Origin: Schmidtea polychroa
Taxonomy: Eukaryota
NCBI GenBank assembly: GCA_044892525.1
Contig: CM097885.1
Location: 73,656,222-73,720,000 of the forward strand
Reading direction: 5' to 3'
DNA: 63,779 nucleotides
In this document: piece by piece, positions 1 through 13,350 of the stretch
Layout: every line of letters starts with the position of its first letter
How positions within the stretch are numbered: position 1 is the stretch's first letter
Translations under genes and position numbers: made by a program
The notes under the pieces: model-generated
What the model was told of the DNA's origin: nothing
Seen by the model: only the letters and a program-made list of their open reading frames with translations
The model's database searches: none

Positions 1-21
1 AACCATTCATTATTTATTAAG

Positions 22-3000
22 GTGATGTACTTCCTGCTGATGGAATAGTAATTCAATGCAGCGATTTAATGATTGACGAGAGTAGTTTGACTGGCGAATC
101 TGATTATGTGGTTAAATCTATAAATGCTGATCCAATTCTATTATCAAGTATAGATGTCTTCCACAGTTGAAATATAGCCATTTATTTATAATAAAGGTTC
201 TAGAGTAATGGAAGGAGCTGGGAGAATGCTAGTTCTTGCGGTTGGTGCACTTTCACAAGCGGGAATAATATTTGGGCTTCTCCAAAACAATTTAGGTAAG
301 TAGAATAAAGACCATTGTATCAAATAACTCAGGTTACTAACGTATAATTATTTATTTATTTCATAAATATCCTAAAAGTTTTCTGATCGAAACTATTACC
401 ATCTTCTCTTTGGAGAAGTTGAACAATAAACATATTTCTTCTCGACTTCAGTTTCAATAGTCATTTATAATTTCATCAAAATTATTATCTTTTATTTGTT
501 TTATTTGTAAAATGCACAAAAAATAAAATGAATAAATCATGAGTTGACTAAGGCGTGGAATTTGGTTGACTTACTTTGTCAACCCCTTGTCGATTCGAAA
601 TACAACCTCCTTTTGGAGCAAATAGGGTATTTTCTTCTCCCAAATTCTTACTACTGGCAACAGTGGCTTTGAACTGGTCAACAAATTCAGCCTGTTGCCA
701 CCACAAAACATTTCTAAAAAAGCCATTATAATTGTATGGTAGAGTTTTGTAGGATTCTAAGTTAAGTTACGGTGGTAGGGCAGCTAAAACCAATAGCAAC
801 AATGAACAGTTACATTATTGGTGAAGTTGAAGAGTCAAAATAGCGAAAACCTATAGAAAGTTATTGTTTATAAAATATAATAGATGAAGAGGCGCAAGAC
901 AACGAGAGTGTCGATAAACGAAGCAATGCGAGCAAAGCTACTAGTAACGCGATTGACCCTAAAGAAAAGTCTATTTTGCAAAATAAACTAACACTTTTGG
1001 CCATTCAAATAGGTTATGCAGGTAGCTTCCGTATTTTATTGACACTTTATCAGTTTGGTGTTAAGGAACCTTCGTTGCATTGATAACTGTGATGATTCTG
1101 ACTCTCAGCTATATATGTAACAAGTTTATACAATCTCATAGTCAATGGAGCACGGCCACAGATATTGGTATCTTCGTGAATTACTTCATAATTGGGGTTA
1201 CAGTTCTGGTAGTTGCTGTCCCTGAGGGTTTGCCACTAGCAGTGACAATATCATTGGCTTATTCAGTAAAGAAAATGATGAATGTAAATTATTATTTAAT
1301 TAATTAATTAATTAATTAATTGAAGGATAATAACCTTGTAAGACATCTGGACGCTTGTGAAACAATGGGTAATGCCACATCTATTTGTTCCGATAAAACC
1401 GGAACCCTCACTACCAATCGTATGACCGCAGTAAGCTATTTTATTATGGGGAAAATTCACACTTCTCCGGAAACTATTGGCCACCTTGACATTGAGCTTA
1501 GAAATGCCCTCTTTATTGGCACTGTTATCAATTGCAGCTATTCAACCAAATTGATTGTAATTTTACACTTTCTTTTATTTAGATTGTGCAATTTTAACAT
1601 AGGCATCAATGAAAACGGGAGATTTGGAGCTTCAAATGGGTAACAAAACCGAGTGTGCTTTATTAGGATTGGTGCAAAAGCTTTCGGGGAACTTTGAAGA
1701 AATTCGTAAACAATATCCAGAAGATAGATTGTTCAAAGTTTATACTTTTAATTCAATAAGGAAATCGATGAGCACAGTACTGGAATTGGAGAATCGATTT
1801 TATTTATATACCAAAGGTGCATCAGAGGTTTTGTTGGAAAGGTAGTTGGATAATTATTGCGTAATACAATTACATTTAACTGATATTTAATAGGTGCTCT
1901 TGGATCATTGGTAGAGAAGGAAAATTAAAAAAATTATCGCAAAATGCAATGCATGAAATTACAGAAAATGTCATTGTGAAAATGGCTAATGAAGGTCTTC
2001 GTACAATCTTGCTAGCATACAAGGTTTATGTAAAAGGTATTGTAAAAATATTATCCTCATTAAAAGGGTAGACAATGCTTTTCTGATATTGTTTATTGAA
2101 TAAGTTTTACTTGCATATTGAAGGAAATATAAATATAAATAGATTACTGGAAAAAGTACCTGTTGGATTAAGGACCTTGGTATATAATCATTATTCCTTT
2201 TTTGCACCCAACAGATGTCATTCGTTTACTTTTATTAAGATATTTGAGTTTAAAATAAACTTTTCAAATTTTATATTGGTATCTATTTATCCCAGAGATG
2301 AGCAACCCGCGGCACACCAAGCTCTTTACAGCGGCTCACCGTTTTTTGTTTATATTAAAAAAATAGTGATTATTTTATCACAGATAAAATTTAATTGTAA
2401 TTTTTAATAATTGGTTCATAATAAATACTTTAAAGCTTGTTTTTTTACTATCTTAAATTTTCAAAGAGTTTACTTTGTTTTTACCATTTAGTTATATATA
2501 TAAAACATTGAAATCATGTTCAAGTCCTCTCGGTTGTAAAAAAAGGTCACCCGCAATTCAAATTACGTTTCGTCATTTATTTAGTCTTGTTACTGCTACT
2601 ACTAATACGTGTGGCTTTCCTGCAAATCATTTAAAACTTGTATAGATTAGAAGTATTTAGAACTTTAGAACATTTTAGAAAATAACAGAATATTTTAGAA
2701 GACTTTAGAATATTCTAGAACAATTTATAGCTCAATATATACCTGCTCATCTAATTTTATAGTTATTACAGAAGCAACACATGGCGTCGTACAAGCTTAG
2801 CAATAGTAGCATTCAGAAGAAAAAGGATGTCTAAATCAATAATCTGGTAAAATTTAAAGACTCTCATAAAAGAAGAAGAATGGTCCCTTTGGAAGAATAT
2901 TCACTGGAAGAAAAGTGCAGAATGCCTCTCCAAAGGCAAATTATTGGACGCTACCATTTCCTTGGACCAAAAATCAAAGGAAGAAAGGAGAGAATAGCGG

Positions 3001-6000
3001 AAATTTCCAAAGAAGTCACCAAATTGTGGAAGAATAAACTGAATTTTCCTCATGTATCTGATCAAGTTATACGAGCAAAGCTTGATAAAATTCTGAAAAG
3101 TTATGATGAATGTGTCAAGCGGAAAGCTACGAACCCCTTGATAAAATTTTTGATATTACTAAAGTGGATGGAACATTGTTATCTTCCGAGGACAAGCGAT
3201 TGTACCATCTGCAAGTGGAAAGCCAAGGAACAGTGGGATACTCATCAGGCCAAGCGGCCAGTAAAGAATCGATCCATCCCTCTAAAAGACAAAATCTTTC
3301 TAATGAGTCATCCAACTCATCCTCTTACTATCCTGGTTTTAGTGATTCTGACTATGAGGCTGACGACAGTGAATATGAAAACAATGAAGAAGAAGATGAG
3401 ACAACTTCTACACCAAGCATAAAACCATCATAAAAGCAAAGTGGCAGTCAACATGGTGGCCGCCTCAAGAGTATCAACAAACAAAGCTGCTAACATATGC
3501 AAGTAATTGGCTCGTGAAGGCATTGACATCCAAACTCCATGTCAATGAGCTATTTACAAGTCAACAATCAAAGAGGTAATCAAGCTGAAGGAAGAAATGA
3601 TTGAAAAGTTGCATATGGAAAGTTGGTCCTTACACTTTGATGGCAAGCACATCGACAAAATGGATTATCAAGTGGTCGTCCTTGAAAATGAAAGAAGAGA
3701 AATCAAATCGAATGTCCTTGGCTTGGTAGATGGCAGGGCTTTAACTATTGCTGAAGGAATTTCTAAAGTCCTCGATGAATTTCACCTTTGGAATTCAATA
3801 CAGATGATTGTTGCAGATACCACCAGCGTTAACACGGGAAAAAAGAACGGTGTTGTTGTAATATTGCAACGAATGTTCACAGAGAAACGCATCAACAAAC
3901 CTCAGTTTATGAGTTGTCAACACCATGTATTAGATAGAAGCCTCCGTTTGGTGATGGATGAAGAACTTGGACGTAAAACACAATCGCCAAACATCGAATA
4001 TCCATTTATATCTCAACTGTTGAAGGAGTACGAACAACTGAAAATACAGTTTGATAACGGAACAGAAGTAATTCTCGAAACATCAGGCTGGAGAGATGAT
4101 ATAAAATTTTTGTTTCATCTCACTCGAGTGTTTCGATTTTTTGAGGAAAAGGGACATTTTCCATTGATCAAGTTTCAGAAAATACCCAACATCAGCAATG
4201 CGAGGTGGAACTCCAGAGCTATACTAGCGATCCTGGCCTTCATTTTAATTCCTTCAACAAGGACAGTTCAGCAGAGAGTATGTCGATTTATATCGTATGG
4301 CTGGGCAGACCATTGGTTTACACACCAACTGTACAACGAAAACGATTTTAATAACTTGGCTGAAATACTGAATCCATACAAAAAGGCTTTAAGCTCTTTG
4401 AAAAATCAATGGAAGCGAGAGCCATCCATACTACAGATACCCAGAAGTAATCAATGCGCAGAGCGCGCAATCAAAGTAATGGAGGAAATTTATTCATCAT
4501 GCAAAAATAAAGACAAATTGCACCTTCGATTCCAAGAGCAAGAGCAAGAGCAAGGTCAACTGTCAGAGTCATTGTTGGATTGAAAATGTATTGTATTACA
4601 TGACTATGACATTCTAAATACATTTGAATACATAGTAGTACTTATGTCAAAATCGATTTTTCAATGGCAGGGTGAACATTTTTGAAAAGATAAGCAAATA
4701 ATAGTTCATTTCGTGCTTTTTAGGTAAAAGTTCATCAAACTAGAGTACAGGAGCATAGGGTTNNNNNNNNNNNNNNNNNNNNNNNNNNNNNNNNNNNNNN
4801 NNNNNNNNNNNNNNNNNNNNNNNNNNNNNNNNNNNNNNNNNNNNNNNNNNNNNNNNNNNNNNNNNNNNNNNNNNNNNNNNNNNNNNNNNNNNNNNNNNNN
4901 NNNNNNNNNNNNNNNNNNNNNNNNNNNNNNNNNNNNTACAATATTAAAATATTAAATATATTACATTTACAATGTATGTTTCATTTTCATAATAAAACTA
5001 AACTTCGAAAAGTAGTTGACTTTTTTATGCGGGCCGCCTGGCTACAAAAACCTTAACATGTGGCCCAGATGCTGCAAAAGATTAAACATCCCTGATTTAT
5101 CCCAAAAAGTTATTAACCTTTTAATCCTTTAGATATTGTAAAACCCATTTAATGTTTTTCATCAGAAAAGGATTGTAAAAACAACTGTGAAAAAACTTAA
5201 CAAATACTGTCAACCATTAATTATTTCATGTCATTTTTTTATGCAAATGTTAAAATCTTTTACACAAAGGTGAGCCAGAAGCGGAAAATGAATTCAATGC
5301 CGAAGGTGTTCAGTGGGACAAGGAAGACGAAATACACAACAGTCTTACATGTTATGCAATAGTTGGAATTGAAGATCCAGTAAGACCAGAAGTTCCAGCA
5401 GCTATTGCAAGCTGTCAAAGAGCTGGTATCACTGTTCGTATGGTTACCGGAGATAATATAAATACTGCTCGTTCTATTGCATACAAATGCGGCATTATAC
5501 GACCAGGAGATAGATATGATGTATTGGATTCAAAAGAATTCAATGAAAGAATTCGTGATCCGATAACAAATGTTGTAAAACAAGAAAGACTCGATAAAGT
5601 CTATCCGAATCTCCGAGTTTTAGCAAGATCGTCACCTCAAGTAAGTGGAAAAATATAATTGCCTGAAAGTTACACCTTTATTTATAATTAAATTCTATTC
5701 ATACTTTTACTAAATTAATGAAATTCTTCAATATGATTTCTATTTTCACTTCTTTTGGCACAATGGATCAATATATTATTTGATATTTAACACGATTTTC
5801 CGGAACAACATTTTTCAAGTGTTTTTCGATAAATTTAAATTTATTACTTTGTAAATATGAATTTTGTATTTTGATTTAATTTTATTGGTTGAAAAATTAA
5901 TTTAATTTCAAAAACAATTAAAGAAAAACGAAAGAAATGAAAATCCTAGCGAAACAGAGTTTATAAGGGACTAGAATGTTGATGGAAAGTAAAATAACTT

Positions 6001-9000
6001 CTTCAGTGACCCAGCTTGGTTCATCATCTTGGTGGCCAACCCAAATCAATCAAAGGGCCAAATTTTCGGGAAAATACTATCACAGGCCACAATAAATTCA
6101 TTTAAATAAATATAACTCGTTTTTACGATTCAAGTAAACTTTTAGAATCAATTTTTTAAATTAAAAACATGCTTAATTCTAATATGAATTCTAAAAAAGA
6201 CAAATATTGATTTGATGTTTAAAATTGTGTCCGGGCCACATCAAAACGCTTCGCAGGCCACCGATTGGCCATGGCTGATCTAAATCAAAGTAATTATGTT
6301 GCTTGTATTATTTTCACTTCAAATTCTTAATTGCTTTGATAGTTTTAGCCTAATTGATACATAAAATGATTGATGAATGAACAGTTCTATTTTTGATTAT
6401 TTTTGAATATATTTACCATTATTATGGTAATAGTGAGAATTTTAAATGTAACTTAAAAATTCAAAATGCTAACCATTCCATGCATACATGCACAGATGAC
6501 ATCACGTAATTTGATTTGCCATAATTGTTTTTCCGAGGTTTTTTTCGAATATTTGTATAGCTATAATGTGGTTCTGCCATTTTTATTGCCGTGAGATGTT
6601 GATTATATTTAAGTGTCACGTTATAATTATAATTCTGCAATTATTTACAGATTCTTGAAAGTCTTTTGTCATGATAATAATAATTCAGACATTAAGAAGT
6701 TAATATAAAAATGTTTTATTAAAAATATATCTTAAAATGATAATAGGAAAATCTGGAAAGTCTATCAAAGATTAAGATGGTGGAAATGTAAAAAGAGATT
6801 TCACAAAAGAATGAGATTTATTTTAAAAATATTTTACTGAATTTGAATCACAGGGCTGTTTGATGATATTGAAATAATAGTAATAAATGAACTAAGTATT
6901 TCAGTTTGATAATGACATAAATCTGTATTTGAAATAAATCTATATTGAAAATTTAATTATTATAAATTCAGAAATCAATAATTGCAATGTTATTACAACT
7001 GATAGTAAAAAAAATTCATATTTTGACCAATGTTCCCTGTAAGCTGTGTGCGTTTGGGCGCAAACACAGGGAAAACAGCTGCGCACAGTTGTAAAATGTC
7101 TACGCACACAAAAGTTTCTTACTGAGAAAAATATTGGCTCAATGTCAAAAACATTGTTTAAATATCGGTTTTGAGAATGTGATTTTTATTTCTTTAGCAA
7201 CGAAAAAAAATTATTTAAGTATGGTTTTATGATTGTTGAAAACAATGGCTATGTGATAATCGTACATCAAGGTGCGTGGTGTAGTAAATTGCCCCTTCGT
7301 CGTTCATTGTGTTTGCTCTGTATTGTAGGCAAAAATTTATGCACATGGTACCAAGTCTGTTTACTTAAAGTTGTGGATTTGAAGGAAGGTTGAATAATGA
7401 CTTGCAACTTGCAAAGCTAGTTTTATAAAAGTAGTGTAATATTACACATGGGTTTTATGTTTATATGAAAAAAATTTCATTGCGACATTGAAAAGTTTTA
7501 TTTTCTCTATCGGAGGTTCTGACAGTAAGAAAGAGTATACTCAATAAAAACAGTCTAATAGTAAAATGAATAAATTGTTATCTTGTCTTATGTTCATTCT
7601 TGTGCACACAATTAATTTCAGTTTGTCATATTTTGCACGGCACCAAATATTGCGCACAGAGACTAGCAAAAATTAGAGGGAACTTTGATTGTGACTAATT
7701 AATTTTGTATTTATTTTCTGTTTCATATATGCTAACTTTGATAAACATAAGTTGTATATCGACTGAATTCTTTAATTACAAACATTGGTCATTAAATATG
7801 AATATCCATGTACCGTATTTCCCCTATAATAAGACCTACCTCGAAAATAAGATTTAGCATGAATTATTCGCCCACAAAAATTATAAGACCTACCCTGAAA
7901 ATAAGACCTACTTTGAAAGATCTGTTTACTTATTTGCATAAAGAAAAAAATAGTAATTTTAATTCAAATTAGCCATAAATATATGCTTTAAAGTGTCAAA
8001 TACTGGCAAATCTGTTAGTTATTCAATCCCCAATCCAATGATCATGACCATAATTTTAAAATCACATGTGTCGGTTTTACATGGGTTTTTAGGTATTTTA
8101 ATACATGTTCTGTTCAGATGTCTTACATACACCTCCTTCACGTGTAGTTTAGGTTCGAACATATTGAATTGCTCGGGCAATTGCATTTTAGCATATTGTT
8201 ATAATATAAATGTCTAGTTTTTAAACGTAATAAATTTGTTTTGAAAATATGACCCGAAAATAAGCTCTAGGTAGCTTTTTTTCTGAAAATTTGAAGTAAG
8301 ACAGTGTCTTATTTTCGGGGAAATACGGTATATGTGTTTAATAATTATTAAATAATTCAACTAATTTATTTTAAGGATAAATACAATCTAGTCAATGGAA
8401 TTATCAATAGTTTCTTGTCTACTAATCGGGAAATCGTTGCTGTTACTGGTGACGGAACAAATGATGGTCCTGCTTTAAAAAAAGCGGATGTTGGATTTGC
8501 AATGGGAATCGCAGGTACTGATGTGGCCAAAGAAGCGTCTGATATAATTTTAACCGATGACAATTTCAATAGTATAGTCAAAGCTGTGATGTGGGGAAGA
8601 AATGTTTACGACTCCATCACAAAATTCCTCCAATTTCAATTAACTGTCAATGTTGTGGCTATTATAATAGCCTTTATTGGAGCTTGCTTTATTTCGGTAT
8701 CTTTCTAGTTACATATTTAGAAATAAAATATGTTTTCAGGACAGTCCTCTAAAAGCAATTCAAATGTTATGGGTGAATCTGATAATGGATACGTTGGCTT
8801 CTTTAGCTCTTTCCACTGAAATTCCGTCTGAAGAATTATTAGAAAGAGCTCCATATGGAAGAACGGCTTCTTTAATTAACAAAACAATGATTAAAAATAT
8901 TGCCGGACATGCGCTTTATCAAATTAGTATTATAACCTTTCTACTATTTTATGGTACTTTTTAAATTATTGATATAAGTACTATGAGTGATTTTAGGAGA

Positions 9001-9606
9001 TAGAGTGCTTCATATTGATAATGGCCAGTCTCTTCTTTTACGGGGAATTAAAGGCCCCAATAAGCATTATACGGTTATATTCAACACATTCGTATTGATG
9101 ACACTGTTCAATGAATTCAATGCCAGGAAGATTCACGGTCAACGAAACGTATTTAGTGGGTTGCAAAGAAATCCAATTTTTTTAATCATATGGATAGTCA
9201 CAATAACAAGTCAAATACTAATTGTACAATATGGGGGCTCTGCTTTAAATACAGAAGATTTGGATTTCAATGAATGGATGTGGTGTTTATCATTTGCAAT
9301 CGGCGGGTTGTTGTGGAGTCAAATAATTATTTCTATTCCAGATTCTTTTTTGCCAGAATTTAAACTAACGGATAAATTATCCGACAGCACTTCTTTACCA
9401 GTTCTATTTTCTAAGGAATCATTGGATTCACAACAGTTGATTGGTCAGGTCTTGTGGCTGAAGGGGTTGAAACGAATCCAATCTCAAGTATGTTTTTTCA
9501 TTATTTCTCAAGTTATTAATGTGAAGTTTTCTCATATTTATAGATTTTGACAGCTCTTCAGAAATCTAAAGAACCTTTTCTTTACGAACTATTTTTAAGA
9601 CTATAA
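22..9606 (+). CDS. PMCA (ATP2B): Plasma-membrane Ca2+-transporting P2B ATPase (5' end outside window), multi-exon
   Basis: Exons read by hand: 22-147, 197-295, 884-1021, 1066-1283, 1326-1556, 1603-1841, 1894-2036, 5270-5640, 8376-8696, 8740-8953, 8997-9487, 9544-9606, all with GT-AG introns. Motifs: [21 protein letters not shown], phosphorylation site [62 protein letters not shown], calmodulin-binding [15 protein letters not shown]. Confidence 0.97.
2880..4583 (+). pseudogene. Disrupted hAT-like (hATm-type) DNA transposase inside a PMCA intron
   Basis: Frameshifted/stop-interrupted ORFs with [22 protein letters not shown] and [10 protein letters not shown] motifs (D..D..CxxH..RW..E pattern). 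The right end of the element runs into the N gap at 4763-4936. Confidence 0.7.
6029..6279. mobile_element. Degraded hAT (Charlie-like) MITE
   Basis: Left ggtggccaacc...gggcca and right gggccac...ttggccatggctg ends resemble Charlie-type termini; no TSD resolved. Confidence 0.35.
7028..7687. mobile_element. Non-autonomous hAT element
   Basis: TIRs caatgttccctgtaa / ttagagggaactttg; 8-bp TSD attttgac / attgtgac (7/8). Confidence 0.85.
7813..8328. mobile_element. pogo/Tc2-like MITE
   Basis: TIR ccgtatttcccc / ggggaaatacgg flanked by TA on both sides; internal aataagacctacc subterminal repeats. Confidence 0.85.
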
Positions 9607-10274
9607 GGTTCCGAATATGAGTGATTTAAGAATGGAAGCTCAGGCTTCTTGTAACAAACATGCGTGGATAAGTTTATTGTCATATAACACAGTAAAACAT
9701 ATCGAAACATTTGTAAGATCCCTTATCCTTTGTCTAATCACGCATGAAGATGCACAGCAATTGGAAGGTCTGAATATAAGACAACTCATGTTTTTTAATT
9801 ATATTTCCGGGGAAAATTATTTTCAAAGATATTAAAAATTTAAAATATTCTAAAAAATATTTGGCCTCCAAATTCGCCATCAAAATTGTTATAAATACAA
9901 AGGGGAGGGTTCCATTGTTCCAAAGGACCTTCAGAAAATAAATTAATAAAAAAACTAATTTAATTGATAATTTAAATTTAGATGCTGGTTGTGAATGCCT
10001 TTCAATATGCAATCGAATGCAAATATGAAACATTGAATGCAAATTTTAATAATTTAAGACGTCGAAACAATACCTTAAAAGACAATATGAAAGGAAAGTT
10101 GACGTCGGGAGATAATGTAAATGTTAATATTAAGATGAATCAAGTTTCTATATAAAATATTTGATCCTGGTTTGATCTTATTGTTATAATAAATAAATGC
10201 TCATTATTTCTAATTATTTATTATTTAATTAAAATGAAACGATTTAATTTAAAACAAATAAACATAATAATTCA

Positions 10275-10533
10275 GGTTACCCCGTCAAAATGGCCCTGAT
10301 AAAAAGGCATAAAGGCCTTTGACAAAAAAGCCCTTGGCAAAAGAGAGTTGATGTATCAGGCTGGTCAGGAAGAGAATATGTGGCGATGCGGTGTAAAATA
10401 GAATTTAGGGGTATCCAGAGCGAGTGGTGATAAGTGTATAGTTTTGATGGGGTGTGAAACTTCCGGAAACAGTGTGTTTTTGTTTACTCAGTGTTTACGT
10501 GCCTTTTTGTCAGGGCATTTTTGACGGGTCACC
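10275..10533. mobile_element. MITE with TIRs (MULE- or Merlin-like)
   Basis: TIR ggttacccgtcaaaa / ttttgacgggtcacc; direct repeat taattcag at 10268-10275 and 10534-10541. Exact TSD length (7-9 bp) is ambiguous. Confidence 0.7.
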
Positions 10534-10985
10534 TAATTCAGTTGTTTTTTAGCTTCAAATTGTTAATATTTATAAATTAAAGATTTTTGACCAAATTTAT
10601 TAATTATATTTGTGAATTTTATTTCGAAGAAACAATGTATCAGAAATCAATAAATTTGATTCGCTCAAATTAAGAGTAACATTTACGGTTCTGAGAGCTT
10701 CATCACCACCAGGGTTTGGATAGTCACCATTATTGTCTGCATCATTGATATTAATATTTTCAATTGTTTCACTGTCGTTAATCAATTATCTTGACATTTC
10801 ATTACTTCCTCTAGCCCAATTCAATATTTCCTCGTCATTCATTCAACTACATGTGGCTAAAAGCCTAGCAATGGAATTTCGGCTTCTTCTTAAAAGCGAT
10901 TCTGTGGAAAATTAAAAATTATTTCATCAATTGAGCAGAATAGATGTTTAAAAATAGAATTGACAGTTTGAATATTTACTTGGAA

Positions 10986-12030
10986 TATCAAGTAATAGCC
11001 ACGCATCGCATGTGGAAGAAAGACAGAATCGTCAATAATATACTAAAAACACCAGTGCCATTCTCCTCAGAAGACACTACATTATATATGGCATAGTAGA
11101 AAAACTATGGGAAGAGGTGATCAAATTGTAAATGATGGCATTCCAGAAAAATCATAATAGCGAAGACATGGGACATTAACTAAGTACGATTGACGAAGGA
11201 GTTGAATGGAGTTGAAGTTCAAAAAGAACATTCGAGGACAAACTGGTGGATAGTTATGATAATATATTTTTTTTGAGAGAAGTGAAAGGAGTCCAGCCAG
11301 CAATAACAACAGTCAAGGTGGAACCTAAAGCAATGAGAATTTTCAATAGTGAGTATTAGAAGCTGCTAAAACATCTTCTAAATTATTTTTTTAAATCCGG
11401 TTCAAAAGTCAACGACATAATTCCAAGTATTTATTTAATGAAATAATGTATAATTTCCAAACAAATTTTTCGCGTTGAATAAAATATTTTCAAAACTATT
11501 TATCAAAATATTTCAATATTTAAAACATATTTATTTAAAAATTTTTCATTAATAAAACTTCTTTTTTAAAAAGCTATTTTAATTTTTAATTAAAAATTTC
11601 AACTTAAAAAATCCAATTTAAAAATTATTTAAAAGTTATTTTAATAGTCAATTATTTACAATTCAAAATTATTTTGATAAAACATTGAAATATTTGACTC
11701 TCAGCTGAAAACACCTCACAGTGAGAAATGTGATTTGGACTCAGATGAAGAATATTTCTCCATATATGAGGAAGAGATGCAGGAGGAGTTCAACAAAGCT
11801 ATGCAAATTGAGGATGGCCTAGGACCAGAATTAGATATCGTGCTAGAGGAGTCGAACTTCGTTCTTGAGAGGAACAAGAGTGTAGCCTCAGAGAAGGATA
11901 TATAATGAGGACATTACCTTGACGGCCCAGGGGGAATGTTGGATGACTGAGAAAGGGCAATTGAAAATTTTGATTTAACAGAGTATGGGCAAACACATAT
12001 CACGTAAATATATATGCTGAAAAGAGGTGA
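10986..12030 (+). pseudogene. Decayed relic of the 3' accessory cassette of an element related to the 50344+ LTR retrotransposon
   Basis: Translates to YQVIATHRMWKKDRIVNNILKTPVPFSSEDTTL, IVEKLWEEVIK, RTFEDKLVDSYDNIFF, CDLDSDEEYFS, AMQIEDGLGPE, NEDITLTAQGGMLDD and VNIYAEKR*, matching ORFs 51909-53222 and 51343-51912 in the same order. Interrupted by an AT-rich stretch at ~11340-11700 and by stops. Confidence 0.9.
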
Positions 12031-12749
12031 AGCAAGATGACAGAATCAGAAAGAAAACAAAAATACAATCGGTTTTCAAATTCGAATCAATTCAATTTCA
12101 TCGACACTTATTTATTACGACATTTCTTTTTGATGTGACTTATTCAGTTTTATGACATTTTCATAATTAATCTATGTGACTTGAAGTTTAATTACTTTAT
12201 ATTGTAAATTATATTTTATGAGTTGTGGTGGAATTAATAATTATTTGATATCATTATATTTGCGAATGTGGATATCACTTAATTATTTGATATTAAGTTA
12301 TGAAAACATATAAACTTAATAATGGGGCTATTAATTAATATAAAAAATTAATTTTTGAACTGACTAAAGCTTGCTGATATGAGATGTTGTGCGAAGAACA
12401 TGGCTTCATTTTTTGATGATTGATGGTGATTGATGAAATCTGTAATATTAATATAAATTTGCCTACTTCAGTAGCCTTGTTAATCATTGTTTTAGCGATA
12501 GGAGTTAACTGAAACCGGAGTGGTATGAATAAGTAATAGGATCTTTGTTGGTATAACGAGTAAGATAATCATCGTACATAAGACCTTCTAACGGCCGTCG
12601 TGAACCCACTAGAAAGTACGTGAGAGTAGTTGTAAGGCAGCAGCTCACCTGTCTCCTGATTTTCAACGACAGTGAACAGCATCAACATTACGGTCATCAT
12701 GGGTACATCGGTCAGAAACTCGTAAATCATAGACGTTCTAATAAGAGCC

Positions 12750-13350
12750 AATAAGTCGTCGCCTAGTGCTTTGTTTATCTTTTCCACAAATGCCAACAGT
12801 AGTTTATCCTGGCCAGTTGCATTCATACATCCAATTACTGTAATCAGATATTTTCTAGTTTTTGTGAATGGTCACTGAAGTTTTTTAATTCAAATTTTTG
12901 ATAATTATTTCGGTTTCATCTGCGTTGTAAATTTGTTCAGGTCGCAATCCCAATCATCTAATATTAATCTTGAAACTTTCAATAAATACAAGCACAGCAG
13001 AATCATTTACGGATTTTTGAAGATTTTAAAGATTCAAAATAAATGCCGTTTTTCTAATTTTTGATTCCAACCTAGCTGAAAACAAAATTTCTAAGTTCAA
13101 ATCACTCTGAAATTCTAACGCTTTGATCTTAATCAATTCAAAACCACTGATAAAGGCTTTTTCAATACATGGAAATTTAATTGTAAAAATTCTCTAGAGT
13201 ACGAGTTCTTTTATTCTTTCTTTTCTATTTCTGATATTAGAAATTATACTTTTTTTCACACCGTATTATGCGGAAATATTATTGGCTTCCAAATCAGCAA
13301 AGATCTTACCTTTTTCTTCAGATGTTTGTTTTGGTTTACCTGAATTCATT
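12750..13350 (-). pseudogene. Degenerate pogo/Tigger transposase fragment
   Basis: LRPEQIYNADET and TVIGCMNATGQDKLLLAF motifs on the minus strand, with many stops. Confidence 0.65.

Noticed and set aside
1290-1320. (aatt)n run
   Set aside because: A simple microsatellite filling a 42-nt PMCA intron; no further significance evident.
4735-4941. ORFs made of X residues (also 15227-15469, 18665-19094, 49500-49808)
   Set aside because: They span assembly N gaps (4763-4936, 15253-15460, 18777-19011, 49578-49758) and are artefacts.
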